Shown: positions 16,954 through 26,015 of the stretch, piece after piece
How positions within the stretch are numbered: the stretch's first letter is position 1
How the letters are laid out: every line of letters starts with the position of its first letter
NCBI GenBank assembly: GCA_964645405.1
Contig: CAZYCA010000044.1
Location: 256,044-320,043 of the forward strand
Source of the DNA: an uncultured bacterium
Lineage (GTDB): Bacteria > Ratteibacteria > UBA8468 > B48-G9 > DSTR01
DNA length: 64,000 bases
Direction of reading: 5' to 3'
Position numbers and translations under genes: made by a program
Notes under the pieces: generated by a model
The model's input: the letters and a program-made list of their open reading frames with translations, nothing else
Databases searched by the model: none
Told to the model about the DNA's origin: nothing

Positions 16954-17628
16954 TTAATCCCCGGCAATTTTGAATTCACAGCGTCTGTTTTTAGCCCAGG
17001 CTTCTTCATTGGAACGGGGGTCAGCTGGTTTATCCTCACCGTAACTGGTGGTAAAAAGTCTGCCGGCTGCTACTCCCAGGGAAACAAGATATCTTCTGGC
17101 ACTGAGACTGCGTTGTTCCCCCAGAGCCAAATTATATTCCCTGGTACCTCTTTCGTCGCAATGACCTTCAATCATTATTTTATACCCGGGGTTCTGCAGA
17201 AGAAAGGTGGCTATATCTTTAAGGACAGCCTGTGCCTGGGGTTTGAGGTCGTAACGGTCAAAATCAAAATAAATGTTCTGGAAAATTCGCGCTATCTCTG
17301 GAGAAATTTCCTCAGGTTTCTTAAACTGTGTTCCTGGTGGTACTGGGGTCTGGGGTATGTCTGCCCCTTTGGTCGCAATGGCTATCTCTGTGGGACTGGC
17401 TTTGGCTGTAGTTGGTGTCTCAGGTGGGGTGACCTTTGGTGGCTGCACTGCAGGAGGAGGTGGTACAGTTGGTGGCACAGCAGGTGGTACAGTTGGTGAC
17501 ACAGTAGTTGGCTCTTCCACCTTCTTCTGTAAAGCTTCTTTGGCTTCTTTCCTTTTTTTCATAACTTCCGGGCAGCATCCGGCAAGTATAACTGCCCCCA
17601 GAAGAAAACTCACAATCCAGCTTCTCAT
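16954..17628 (-). CDS. pal: peptidoglycan-associated lipoprotein Pal (OmpA-C family) with Pro-rich linker
   Basis: The start is set to ATG 17628 (MRSWIVSFLLGAVILAGC lipobox, GGGAGGG SD 4 nt upstream). The OmpA-like C-terminus has IYFDFDRYDL, IEGHCDERGTREYNLALGEQR and RRCEF. Confidence 0.85.
   Translation of the reverse strand: MRSWIVSFLLGAVILAGCCPEVMKKRKEAKEALQKKVEEPTTVSPTVPPAVPPTVPPPPAVQPPKVTPPETPTTAKASPTEIAIATKGADIPQTPVPPGTQFKKPEEISPEIARIFQNIYFDFDRYDLKPQAQAVLKDIATFLLQNPGYKIMIEGHCDERGTREYNLALGEQRSLSARRYLVSLGVAAGRLFTTSYGEDKPADPRSNEEAWAKNRRCEFKIAGD
17459..17506. repeat. two tandem 24 bp units inside the pal linker
   Basis: ggtggtacagttggtggcacagca is followed directly by ggtggtacagttggtgacacagta. 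22 of 24 positions are identical. The units encode the PTVPP-type repeats. Confidence 0.85.
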
Positions 17629-17648
17629 TTTACCCTCCCTGTTTGTAG

Positions 17649-18878
17649 CTAAAATGCCCAGCACGGGCTGAAGCAATTAAATTGTTCCTTGGTTAATTTT
17701 CTCTTTTCTCGGGTGATGATGTCAATAATTCCCAGCCATCCTGAGCTGGTAGTTGCCCGGGAATAGACAAGATGGCGGCTGTCTGCTGCCCAGGAAACAT
17801 CTTCCGCACCAAGATTTTCATCCACTACAATCGTCTGTCTGGTTTTAACTTCATACACTGCCAGACCAAAAGTTCCGGAATGAGAAAAAACATAGGCTAT
17901 AAAATTACCATCAGGCGACCAGGCAGGGGAGGTACAGTAGCCGGAAAGAAAACTGATTCTTCTCACCTGGAAACCATCACGGTTCATCAAAAAGATTTGT
18001 GGTTTACCCTGTCTGTCTGATACAAAAGCCAGCAGCTTACCATCCGGAGAGAAACTTGGTGAACTATCAATAGCCCGGTCGTAGGTTAACTGTTTGAGAT
18101 ATCTATCCCTTTCCCGGAAAAGATAAATCTCAGGATTACCGCTTTTGCTTAAAACCACAGCAACCTCACCCGTTGTCTGACAGAAACTGGCACAAGCGTT
18201 TAACCCTGGTTCTGCCAGGAAAAGACTTGTATTTCTGGAAACAGGGTCGAACTGTATCAGTTTCGGCCAGCCTCCCTCGTAGGAGACAAGGAGTAATTTC
18301 TGACTGGTGGGTATCCAGCGAGGATAATGAACCATAAACGGGAAGTCTGTTATCTGTCTTTCGTTTTCTCCGTCAGCATCAATACAGTAAATCTGGTAAC
18401 TACCCGTGCGGCTGGAAACATAAAAAATTCTGGAGGAAGCAATCCCCGGTTTTCCGGTAAGCGCCAGTACTAAATCATCGGCTACCTGGTGGGCAAAACT
18501 TCTCGGTTCGACAGGTGCAGAGTAATCCTGATTCCACAACCTTTCCTGGTCATTGGTGTCTTCAATGCTGAAGGATATTTTTTTGTTCCTGGTCACAGAA
18601 GTAAGAACAAGCGACTGGACACAGCTGTTTTTTTCTGTCTGGAGTGATTCTTCTGAAAGAAAAGACACTTTCTGGATAGTGAAATAGCCAGAATACTCCA
18701 GGTCTCTTTTCAGGGTGGTGGAAAATTTTTCCCAGAAGGTATCACGTTTTTGGACAAGCAGAATTGCCAGGGGTACCTTCTGGTTGAGATTCTGGCTAAT
18801 CTGAAGGAAAACACGAGCCTTTACACTTTCTGAAACCACAACAAGCGTGACAAAAACTATCAAGAAAAGGCGTTTCAT
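17649..18878 (-). CDS. tolB: TolB-like periplasmic beta-propeller protein
   Basis: 409 aa. It has a signal peptide, a TolB N-domain, and repeated propeller blades (YQIYCIDADGENERQIT, PSFSPDGKLLAFVSDRQGKPQIFLMN, PAWSPDGNFIAYV). Its position between tolR and pal supports the call. Confidence 0.85.
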   Translation of the reverse strand: MKRLFLIVFVTLVVVSESVKARVFLQISQNLNQKVPLAILLVQKRDTFWEKFSTTLKRDLEYSGYFTIQKVSFLSEESLQTEKNSCVQSLVLTSVTRNKKISFSIEDTNDQERLWNQDYSAPVEPRSFAHQVADDLVLALTGKPGIASSRIFYVSSRTGSYQIYCIDADGENERQITDFPFMVHYPRWIPTSQKLLLVSYEGGWPKLIQFDPVSRNTSLFLAEPGLNACASFCQTTGEVAVVLSKSGNPEIYLFRERDRYLKQLTYDRAIDSSPSFSPDGKLLAFVSDRQGKPQIFLMNRDGFQVRRISFLSGYCTSPAWSPDGNFIAYVFSHSGTFGLAVYEVKTRQTIVVDENLGAEDVSWAADSRHLVYSRATTSSGWLGIIDIITREKRKLTKEQFNCFSPCWAF

Positions 18879-19306
18879 GGTCGGTTCCCTTTCTTTATCT
18901 CTTCCGGGGATACCTGGGTGGCCAGTCCTACCAGGTTCACATTGGCTGTTTTGATAAGGTCAAGCACCTGTGCCAGCTCCCCGTAAGAGATACGTTCATC
19001 TCCTTTTACTATCACTGTTAAATCTGGCTCTTTCTGGATTCGCTCCTGGAGAGAGGCAGTAAGTTGTTCAGCAGAAACAGGCGTTCCTGCCAGATAGTAG
19101 AGTCTACCGGGAGCAACAGTAACGATAATAGTCTTTTCCGCACTCAATCGGGCTGGAGAGGTAGTTGGCAATTTAACCTCAAATCCCTGCTCAATGAAAG
19201 GTGAAATCATCAACAAAACCACTACCAGAGTGAGTGCAATGTCCACCAGGTTGGTTATATTGATTGGTGGAAAAGCCGGAGCAGTCAATGTTCTTCTTAT
19301 GCTCAT
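18875..19306 (-). CDS. tolR: ExbD/TolR family biopolymer transport protein
   Basis: 143 aa. The N-terminal motif INITNLVDIALTLVVVLLMI contains the conserved Asp-containing TM. The periplasmic domain and cluster context agree. Confidence 0.85.
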   Translation of the reverse strand: MSIRRTLTAPAFPPINITNLVDIALTLVVVLLMISPFIEQGFEVKLPTTSPARLSAEKTIIVTVAPGRLYYLAGTPVSAEQLTASLQERIQKEPDLTVIVKGDERISYGELAQVLDLIKTANVNLVGLATQVSPEEIKKGNRP

Positions 19307-19920
19307 ATTCTTCTGTTCCCTTCCCTTAAAATTTCCGCAATTTCTGGAAGCAAAGAATCAATGCGGCTTGCCAGTTTCTTTAAAGATTCAGTGAAATAAC
19401 TATATCCCACAGCTGCGGGAATGGCTACGATAAGACCGATAACAGTGGTGACTAAAGCCTCCGCCACACCTGAGGCTACTACCCTGATGGAAGAAGAGCC
19501 ACTGAGATACATTTGATGGAAAGCAATCAGCAATCCCCAGACCGTTCCCAGAAGGCCAAGGAAAGGAGCTACTGTACTGATGGCAGCCAGAAAAGCTACA
19601 TTGCTGCCTAAACTTTCCATTTCTCTCACTGCCACCTTCTCCAGATGAGAGATAAGCCTTTCTTCGGGTATAGTTTCCCGTTTTACCAGTTGCTCACCGT
19701 ACTGGAAGACAGTGTGCACCGGTGAAAGCGACTGAAAAACAATCTGGCCGGAAGTCAGGTCCTGCTCAAATTCAGTTTGCCGACGGTTGATGCGCCGCAG
19801 AACAAGGAATTTTTCAATCATAATCCACCAGGAAAAGAGGGAAAGCAAAAATAGTACCACCAGGTCAGCCTTTCCTGCCCAGTCACAGTGGCGCCATGCT
19901 GCCAGAAGAATTGATGCCAT
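19303..19920 (-). CDS. tolQ: MotA/TolQ/ExbB proton-channel protein
   Basis: 205 aa with three TM segments. The conserved stretch is LAAISTVAPFLGLLGTVWGLI...VAEALVTTVIGLIVAIPA. Confidence 0.85.
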   Translation of the reverse strand: MASILLAAWRHCDWAGKADLVVLFLLSLFSWWIMIEKFLVLRRINRRQTEFEQDLTSGQIVFQSLSPVHTVFQYGEQLVKRETIPEERLISHLEKVAVREMESLGSNVAFLAAISTVAPFLGLLGTVWGLLIAFHQMYLSGSSSIRVVASGVAEALVTTVIGLIVAIPAAVGYSYFTESLKKLASRIDSLLPEIAEILREGNRRI

Positions 19921-19926
19921 ACAATT

Positions 19927-19955
19927 AGTTTAATCACTTATGGTAGGAAAGTCAA
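19927..19955 (-). promoter_or_regulatory. promoter of the tol-pal operon (TTGACT-17-TAAACT) ending 6 nt before the tolQ ATG (candidate leaderless)
   Basis: The minus strand reads TTGACT ttcctaccataagtgat TAAACT aattgt ATG. No SD is present. Confidence 0.55.
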
Positions 19956-19956
19956 C

Positions 19957-19985
19957 TTGACTTCCAATCCGGCACTGTCTAAAAT
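19957..19985 (+). promoter_or_regulatory. promoter of pilD (TTGACT-17-TAAAAT)
   Basis: TTGACT lies at 19957-19962 and TAAAAT at 19980-19985. The leader of about 35 nt carries a GAGGGAAG SD. Confidence 0.55.
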
Positions 19986-20026
19986 TTAACTACTAGCCGG
20001 TTTTAACAGAGAGGGAAGAAACTATC

Positions 20027-20818
20027 ATGGCAGGAGCACTAATTTTTGTCCTGGGGCTGGTATTTGGTAGTTTTGCTAATGTCTGCATCTACCGTCTGCC
20101 AAAGGGTCGTTCCCTGGTGAATCCCGGTTCCCACTGTCCTGGTTGTGGCCATGCCATTGTCTGGTATGATAACATTCCCGTTCTCAGCTGGTTTTTGTTA
20201 CGTGCCAGGTGCAGATTCTGCCACGAGAAAATTTCTGCCCGGTACCCGGTGGTGGAGTTACTTACCGGTATTTTGTTTCTGGGTTTATATCTTAAGTTCC
20301 AGAACTCTCCGATTTTATTGCCAGCTTTTGTACACCTGGGTATTTTCCTTCTGTCTCTGGTGATTATTTCTTTTATTGACATTGATACGTACCTTATTCC
20401 GGATGTCATCGTGCTGCCAGGTATAATTCTTGGTTTGGTGGGAGCATTTTTCATTCCGGAGTATTTTTTTTCTCTAAGCAGGGTAGAAGGTTTGCTTTAC
20501 TCTTTGGCAGGCATGTTTTTGGGTGGATTTTTGTTATGGCTGATAGCAATACTCGGACGGATTGCTTATAAGAAAGATGCTATGGGTGGTGGTGATGTGA
20601 AGCTTCTGGCGATGATCGGTGCTTATCTGGGGTGGAAAAGTGTGTTCATCACTATTTTTTTTGCTGCTCTGCTGGGCAGCATCATCAGTCTCACACTGAT
20701 TGGTTTGAAGATTAAAAAGATGGATGACTATATCCCCTTTGGTCCCTATCTGGCTCTGGGGGCAGTTATAGGCTTAATCTGGAAAGGATACACCTTCTAC
20801 GGATTTTTTATTCCCTGA
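20027..20818 (+). CDS. pilD: prepilin peptidase / N-methyltransferase (A24 family)
   Basis: 263 aa. Motifs are the zinc-site pairs CPGCGH...CRFC, DIDTYLIPD and GGGDVKLLAMIGAYLGW. Confidence 0.9.
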   Translation: MAGALIFVLGLVFGSFANVCIYRLPKGRSLVNPGSHCPGCGHAIVWYDNIPVLSWFLLRARCRFCHEKISARYPVVELLTGILFLGLYLKFQNSPILLPAFVHLGIFLLSLVIISFIDIDTYLIPDVIVLPGIILGLVGAFFIPEYFFSLSRVEGLLYSLAGMFLGGFLLWLIAILGRIAYKKDAMGGGDVKLLAMIGAYLGWKSVFITIFFAALLGSIISLTLIGLKIKKMDDYIPFGPYLALGAVIGLIWKGYTFYGFFIP

Positions 20819-20848
20819 AAGCAGGGGAAACAGGCAGGGAATTTTACG

Positions 20849-21388
20849 ATGAGCTATGCCAGTCTTCTCCTGGTGAAAGAATTCTTCACCCAGCATGGTT
20901 TTCTTGTTCTGCAGTATGAAGATGTCCTTCTGGTAAAGAATTCATTACCTGCAGGAGGCAAAGGGGAAAATTATGTGATGGAACTACAGGATGTTCTCCG
21001 GCTGGACCGGGCAATAATTAAACCGGTGGCCTGGCATACACTGAAGTTTGTTCCTTCTGTTTTGAAAGAATCACCGGAGATTTTTCGCTTTCTTAAAGGG
21101 GATTATCTTACTGCTGCCGGGAAAGTCTTTGGCAGGGAAAGTTTTGCTCGTCTTCTGGTGATTCCTGGATTGCCAGCTTCCGACAGGTTACGGGCAGAAT
21201 CCATCTCTTATCTGAAGGAAAAGTCTATTGACGGGGTCATCTGTTTCCCTACTTTACTTTCTGCTCTGATTAAGAAGATTAATCCACGCCGGGTTTACCT
21301 TTCCCAGACAAATGAGATTCTGCGTATCCTTAAATACTATGGTTTTTTCCAGGAAGAACAACAGTTGCTGCCTTTTGAAGAAAAATGA
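20849..21388 (+). CDS. hypothetical protein (179 aa), translationally coupled to recG
   Basis: Clean ORF whose stop overlaps the recG start (ATGA at 21385-21388). I recognise no family. Confidence 0.6.
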   Translation: MSYASLLLVKEFFTQHGFLVLQYEDVLLVKNSLPAGGKGENYVMELQDVLRLDRAIIKPVAWHTLKFVPSVLKESPEIFRFLKGDYLTAAGKVFGRESFARLLVIPGLPASDRLRAESISYLKEKSIDGVICFPTLLSALIKKINPRRVYLSQTNEILRILKYYGFFQEEQQLLPFEEK

Positions 21389-23421
21389 CTCTGGGTTTAA
21401 AAACACCGCTGGCAAGTCTTCCTTCTGTAGGAGATAAAAGAAAAAAATATTTCGCCAGATTAGGGCTGGTAACAGTTGAGGATTTGCTTTTTTTCTTTCC
21501 CCGGCGTTACCATGATTTGCGCAATTTCAAGAAAATTTCTCAACTGATTCCCGGGGAGATAGCATCAGTCAAGGGCAGGGTCCTGGCCAGAGAAGAAAAA
21601 AAGATTCCGGGACACAGGGATTATCTCAAGGTAGCAATTCATGATGGCAGTGGTGTACTTTACCTAACTTATTTTAACCAGCTTTACCTCAAAGATGTTT
21701 TTGTTGTGGACAAAGAATTTTTTATTAACGGCAAAGCAGAATTTTACAAGGGCCAGATGCAAATGGTCAACCCTGTATACGAGGAAGTAAGACCAGGACG
21801 CCGGGATTGGCTCCTGCCAGTATATGCGCTCACCAGGGGTTTAACTCTCAGTTATATCCGCCGGCTGGTGAAGTTTATACTGAATAATCTCAGTGCCTAT
21901 CCCCGGGAGTTATTACCCCTGGAAAAGCGGCAGGAACTTAATTTGAGTAATATTCGTTTTGCTCTTGCCAGCATTCATTTCCCGCGTTCAGATATGGACC
22001 TGGAAAAAGCGAGGGATTATCTGATTTTTCACGAATTTTTCCGGCTACAGCTGGGACTTGTTTTCCAGAAGGAATCAGTCCCGGACCAGGAGAAGGTATC
22101 AGCGGATTGGAAACCAGAGCTGGAAAGTATCCAGGAGTTTGAAAACTTTCTTCCTTTTACTCTTACCTCCGGACAGAAGCAGGTTATGGAAGAAATAATT
22201 ACTGATATCAGCAAAGGAAAGATTCTGCAAAGACTTGTCCAGGGAGAAGTCGGCTGCGGTAAGACTGCGGTGGCTATTTTTACTCTCTGGCTTTTTGCCC
22301 GGAGAAAATGCCAGGGTGTTTTTTTAAGCCCAACAGAAATTTTAGCAGAACAGCATTTTCTTAACTGGCAGGAGTTTTTCCTTCGTCAGGGTATTTCTGT
22401 GGCTCTTTTGATAGGAGAACTACCTGCCGCGGAAAAGAAAAAGATTATTGAAGAACTGAAGGAAGGTAAAATTAAAATTGTTATTGGCACTCATGCTCTT
22501 CTTTCAGATGATGTTGTTTTTCAGAATTTGAAAGTGGCAGTAGTGGATGAGCAGCACAAATTTGGCGTGGCCCAGAGAGAAAAGCTTAAGGAAAAGGGAA
22601 AAGGTGTTCATTACTTAATTTTAAGTGCCACGCCCATTCCCAGGAGTGTAGCACTGACTTTTTATGGCACCATGGATTTTTCCATTATGGGCGATTTACC
22701 AAAAGGGCAACGTCAGGTTTCTACTTATCTGGTTTCGGACAGGGAAAAGGAGGTTGTTTACCAGTTCATCAAAGAGCAGTTAGTCCAGGGCCAGCAAGGG
22801 TATCTGGTAACGCCAGCCATTTCCGGTAACGAAGATATCCAGTCGGCAGTCCGGGAATATGAATACTTAAAGAAAAGGTTTCCTGACCAGTATATCGGTC
22901 TGATTCATGGAGGGATGAGCAGACAGGAGCAGGAGATTGTTCTGAAACAGTTCCGTCAGAAAAACATTCATCTTTTGGTGGCGACCACTGTAATAGAATC
23001 AGGAATTGATGTTCCGGAGGCCAGTTTTATTGTTGTTGACCAGGTGGAAAGGTTTGGACTGGCTCAACTTCATCAGCTAAGGGGGCGGGTTGGGCGGAGC
23101 GGGCAGACGGGATATTGTTTCCTTATCGTTTACACGCAGGCAAAGGAGATTCTGGACAAATTAGAGAGTTTTCTGGAGGCAGAAACCGGGCTGGAAGTGG
23201 CAGAAATGGATTTAAAAATGAGGGGGCCAGGCGATATTCTGGGAACCAGACAGCACGGAATTATGCCTCTGAAAATCGGGAATATTGTTTCTGATTTGAG
23301 AATGTTAGATAAAGCCAGACAGGAAGCAGAGAAAATTTTTCTCCAGGACCCGGAACTTAAGCAGCCAGAGAATGCAGCCATCCGGGATTATCTTTCTGAG
23401 GTGAAAATTTATGGAACCTGA
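21385..23421 (+). CDS. recG: ATP-dependent DNA helicase RecG
   Basis: 678 aa. It has a wedge/OB N-domain, helicase motifs GEVGCGKTAVA and DEQHKFGV, and the stretch QLHQLRGRVGRSG. Confidence 0.95.
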   Translation: MTLGLKTPLASLPSVGDKRKKYFARLGLVTVEDLLFFFPRRYHDLRNFKKISQLIPGEIASVKGRVLAREEKKIPGHRDYLKVAIHDGSGVLYLTYFNQLYLKDVFVVDKEFFINGKAEFYKGQMQMVNPVYEEVRPGRRDWLLPVYALTRGLTLSYIRRLVKFILNNLSAYPRELLPLEKRQELNLSNIRFALASIHFPRSDMDLEKARDYLIFHEFFRLQLGLVFQKESVPDQEKVSADWKPELESIQEFENFLPFTLTSGQKQVMEEIITDISKGKILQRLVQGEVGCGKTAVAIFTLWLFARRKCQGVFLSPTEILAEQHFLNWQEFFLRQGISVALLIGELPAAEKKKIIEELKEGKIKIVIGTHALLSDDVVFQNLKVAVVDEQHKFGVAQREKLKEKGKGVHYLILSATPIPRSVALTFYGTMDFSIMGDLPKGQRQVSTYLVSDREKEVVYQFIKEQLVQGQQGYLVTPAISGNEDIQSAVREYEYLKKRFPDQYIGLIHGGMSRQEQEIVLKQFRQKNIHLLVATTVIESGIDVPEASFIVVDQVERFGLAQLHQLRGRVGRSGQTGYCFLIVYTQAKEILDKLESFLEAETGLEVAEMDLKMRGPGDILGTRQHGIMPLKIGNIVSDLRMLDKARQEAEKIFLQDPELKQPENAAIRDYLSEVKIYGT

Positions 23422-24091
23422 TGTTTGTGTGGTTATTCCTGCCCACAATGAAGCAAGGTCAATATTCTGGCTGGTTCTAAGATTGAAGCAAATTTTCCCT
23501 CTGGTGGTGGTAGTGGACGACGGTTCCAGAGATGATACAGGAAAGAAAGCGGCTGAAGCCGGTGCCATTGTCTTGCGGCATAATGTTTGCCAGGGTAAGG
23601 GTGCTGCTTTGAAAACAGGTTTTCAGCAAGCCCTCAAACTGGGAGTAAAAGCAGTTCTGACAATGGATGCGGACGGTCAGCACCGGGTGGAAGAAGCGCC
23701 GGCTTTTATCCAGGCCTGGAAGAAATCACCTGCTGTTAGTATCTGGTTAGGCCGGAGAAACTTTCGGGCGGAAAAAATGCCTTTCCTGCGCAGGGTAACA
23801 AATCTGGTAATGTCATTTTTGATTTCTTTTCTTGGCAGACAATTCATACCAGACACGCAAACAGGTTATCGTTTAATCAAGAATGATGTCTTAAAGGTTA
23901 TTAATCTGGTTACCAATCATTTTGAAACAGAATCTGAACTTCTTCTGAAAGCATGCTGGAAAGGATTTAAAATTGGCTGGGTTCCCATTTCTACTGTCTA
24001 CGGAGAGGAAAAGAGCAAGATAAGACCTGTTCCGGATACCCTGCGATTTATCCGCATGCTGGCTGCTCTCTTATGGATGAGAAAAAGATGA
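23411..24091 (+). CDS. family 2 glycosyltransferase
   Basis: 226 aa. Motifs are VVIPAHNEA, VVVDDGSRDDT, TMDADGQH and TGYRLI. Confidence 0.85.
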   Translation: MEPDVCVVIPAHNEARSIFWLVLRLKQIFPLVVVVDDGSRDDTGKKAAEAGAIVLRHNVCQGKGAALKTGFQQALKLGVKAVLTMDADGQHRVEEAPAFIQAWKKSPAVSIWLGRRNFRAEKMPFLRRVTNLVMSFLISFLGRQFIPDTQTGYRLIKNDVLKVINLVTNHFETESELLLKACWKGFKIGWVPISTVYGEEKSKIRPVPDTLRFIRMLAALLWMRKR

Positions 24092-24759
24092 GAATATCTG
24101 GTAGCAGGAAGGGAAATAATTTCCAGCAGCAGCGTGAAATGATGGTGAAAGAACAACTTGTTGCCAGGGGCATCTGTGATACCAGGGTTCTGGAAGCATT
24201 CAGGAAGGTGCAGAGAGAACTTTTTGTGCCTGAAAATTTAAGAGATTGTGCTTATGAGGATGGCCCTTTACCGATAGGAGAAGGTCAGACCATCAGCCAG
24301 CCTTATATGGTGGCTCTGATGACCGAGGCGCTGAGACTTAAAGGCGGGGAGAAAGTTCTGGAAATAGGTACCGGTAGTGGCTACCAGGCAGCTATTCTGT
24401 GCGAGCTCGGCTGCCAGGTCTATTCGGTAGAACGTCTGGAAAGCTTGGCGGAAAGAGCCAGAGAGATTTTGAAGAAATGCGGATATGAGTTTTGTTTGCG
24501 CGTAGGAGATGGAACAGATGGCTGGAAGGAATTTGCACCTTATGATGCCATAGTGGTTACTGCAGCTGGTCCAAAAATTCCTGAGAGTCTTCTGGCTCAA
24601 TTGAAGGATGGGGGACGGCTGGTAATGCCTGTTGGTGACCGCTTTATTCAGGATTTAATTCTGGTGACCAGACAGGGAAAAACCTTTCACCAGGAAAATC
24701 TCGGCGGGTGTCAATTTGTGCCTTTGAAGGGGAAAGAGGGCTGGCCTGAAGACAGCTGA
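24073..24759 (+). CDS. pcm: protein-L-isoaspartate O-methyltransferase
   Basis: 228 aa. Motifs are GQTISQPYMVALMTEAL, VLEIGTGSGYQAAIL and GGRLVMPVG. Confidence 0.9.
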   Translation: MDEKKMRISGSRKGNNFQQQREMMVKEQLVARGICDTRVLEAFRKVQRELFVPENLRDCAYEDGPLPIGEGQTISQPYMVALMTEALRLKGGEKVLEIGTGSGYQAAILCELGCQVYSVERLESLAERAREILKKCGYEFCLRVGDGTDGWKEFAPYDAIVVTAAGPKIPESLLAQLKDGGRLVMPVGDRFIQDLILVTRQGKTFHQENLGGCQFVPLKGKEGWPEDS

Positions 24760-24765
24760 AAGAAG

Positions 24766-25212
24766 ATGAATTACTTAATTGTTTTAGGATTGGGAATGTT
24801 ACCGATTTCTGAACTCCGGGGGGCTATCCCCTATGGCCTGGCATGTGGTTTGCCTTTTTCCCGGGTGGTGGCTGTGGCACTGGCAGGAAATTTATTGCCT
24901 GTGGTGCCTCTTTTCTTTTTTCTTCAGCACATTTTGAACTGGTTGGGCCGGTTACCCGGTGGCAGGAGATTTACTGGCTGGCTGGTTGCCAGAACCCTGG
25001 AGAAATCCAGGATGATAGAAATTTATAAGACTTTAGGCCTTCTTGTTTTCGTCGGGATACCTCTGCCGATGACTGGTGCCTGGACAGGAACGATGGCTGC
25101 TGTTTTACTGGGAATGAAATTTCGTGATTACCTGGTTGGCACTGTGGGTGGGGTACTTCTGGCTGCTTTAATTGTTTCCCTCGTCAGTCTTGGTGTAATC
25201 TCACTTTTTTGA
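24766..25212 (+). CDS. small membrane protein of the putative small multidrug export family (COG2426-like)
   Basis: 148 aa with four predicted TM segments. The N-terminus reads MLPISELRGAIPYG. The family assignment is from memory only. Confidence 0.55.
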   Translation: MNYLIVLGLGMLPISELRGAIPYGLACGLPFSRVVAVALAGNLLPVVPLFFFLQHILNWLGRLPGGRRFTGWLVARTLEKSRMIEIYKTLGLLVFVGIPLPMTGAWTGTMAAVLLGMKFRDYLVGTVGGVLLAALIVSLVSLGVISLF

Positions 25213-25221
25213 GTTTTTTGC

Positions 25222-25947
25222 TCATTTCCATTCAAAGCTTACCACTCCTGGCAAACAACTTATCTGGGAAGGTACAGTCAAAGCCTGGTAGCCACTGCGG
25301 TGACGAAGGGTAAAATGGTAAGAGGTTATCTTTTCCTGGACTTTGCGTGCAATAGCCACTGACAGGATAGTGAAGCTGGCTTTCTGTAGAATTTCCTGAA
25401 TCTGGTTAAAATCTGCTTCCGTATCCTGAAGACTGACAGTGAGGTAGTAATACTCATCACGGGGAATTTTGTGTTCTATTAGTTTCAGACAGTTTAAGGT
25501 GAGAAGCGAAAGACCGGTAGCAGCCACAGCCAGCCAGACAAGGCCACATCCAGCAGCCAGGCCGATTGCCGTGGCAGACCAGAGGCAGGCTGCCGTGGTC
25601 AACCCGCGGACACGCTGGCTATCTTTGACAATGGCTCCTGCGCCAAGAAAGCCAATCCCTGTGACCGCACCATAAGCAATTCTTGCCGGGTCAATGCTAA
25701 TGCGAGAATCAGCGACTGCTACAAAAATTTCCTGGATACGGAGGGAGGTAACCATAATAGTTGCTGTGCCCATACCTACCAGGATGGTTGTTCTTAATCC
25801 TGCTTCTCGTCCATGTCTTTCCCTTTCCCATCCAATAATCCCGCTGCAGATACCAGCCAGGATAAGTCTTGTTATCCACTGCCACTCAGATGTCATATTT
25901 TCCTCCGCCTGTTTCATTTTACCATAATTTGTGGTAAAAAAGTCCAT
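25222..25947 (-). CDS. mgtC: MgtC/SapB family membrane protein
   Basis: 241 aa. It has the stretch ILAGICSGIIGWERERHGREAGLRTTILVGMG and a soluble ACT-like C-terminal domain. The start may be one of the downstream Met codons. Confidence 0.85.
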   Translation of the reverse strand: MDFFTTNYGKMKQAEENMTSEWQWITRLILAGICSGIIGWERERHGREAGLRTTILVGMGTATIMVTSLRIQEIFVAVADSRISIDPARIAYGAVTGIGFLGAGAIVKDSQRVRGLTTAACLWSATAIGLAAGCGLVWLAVAATGLSLLTLNCLKLIEHKIPRDEYYYLTVSLQDTEADFNQIQEILQKASFTILSVAIARKVQEKITSYHFTLRHRSGYQALTVPSQISCLPGVVSFEWK

Positions 25948-25977
25948 TTGTTTTCTAAAGCATAACTGAGTTATAAT
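25948..25977 (+). promoter_or_regulatory. candidate promoter of the mreB operon (TTGTTT-18-TATAAT)
   Basis: TTGTTT lies at 25948-25953 and TATAAT at 25972-25977. A leader of about 30 nt follows, with a GGGAG SD before ATG 26016. Confidence 0.45.
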
Positions 25978-26015
25978 AATAGCACTACCAGAAGCAGAAT
26001 AAACAGGGAGAAAAA

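Noticed and set aside
17400-17520. Repetitive GGTGG/ACAG-rich DNA considered as a CRISPR-like or satellite repeat
   Set aside because: There are only two 24 bp units. They are in frame and encode the Pro-rich Pal linker, and there is no spacer architecture.
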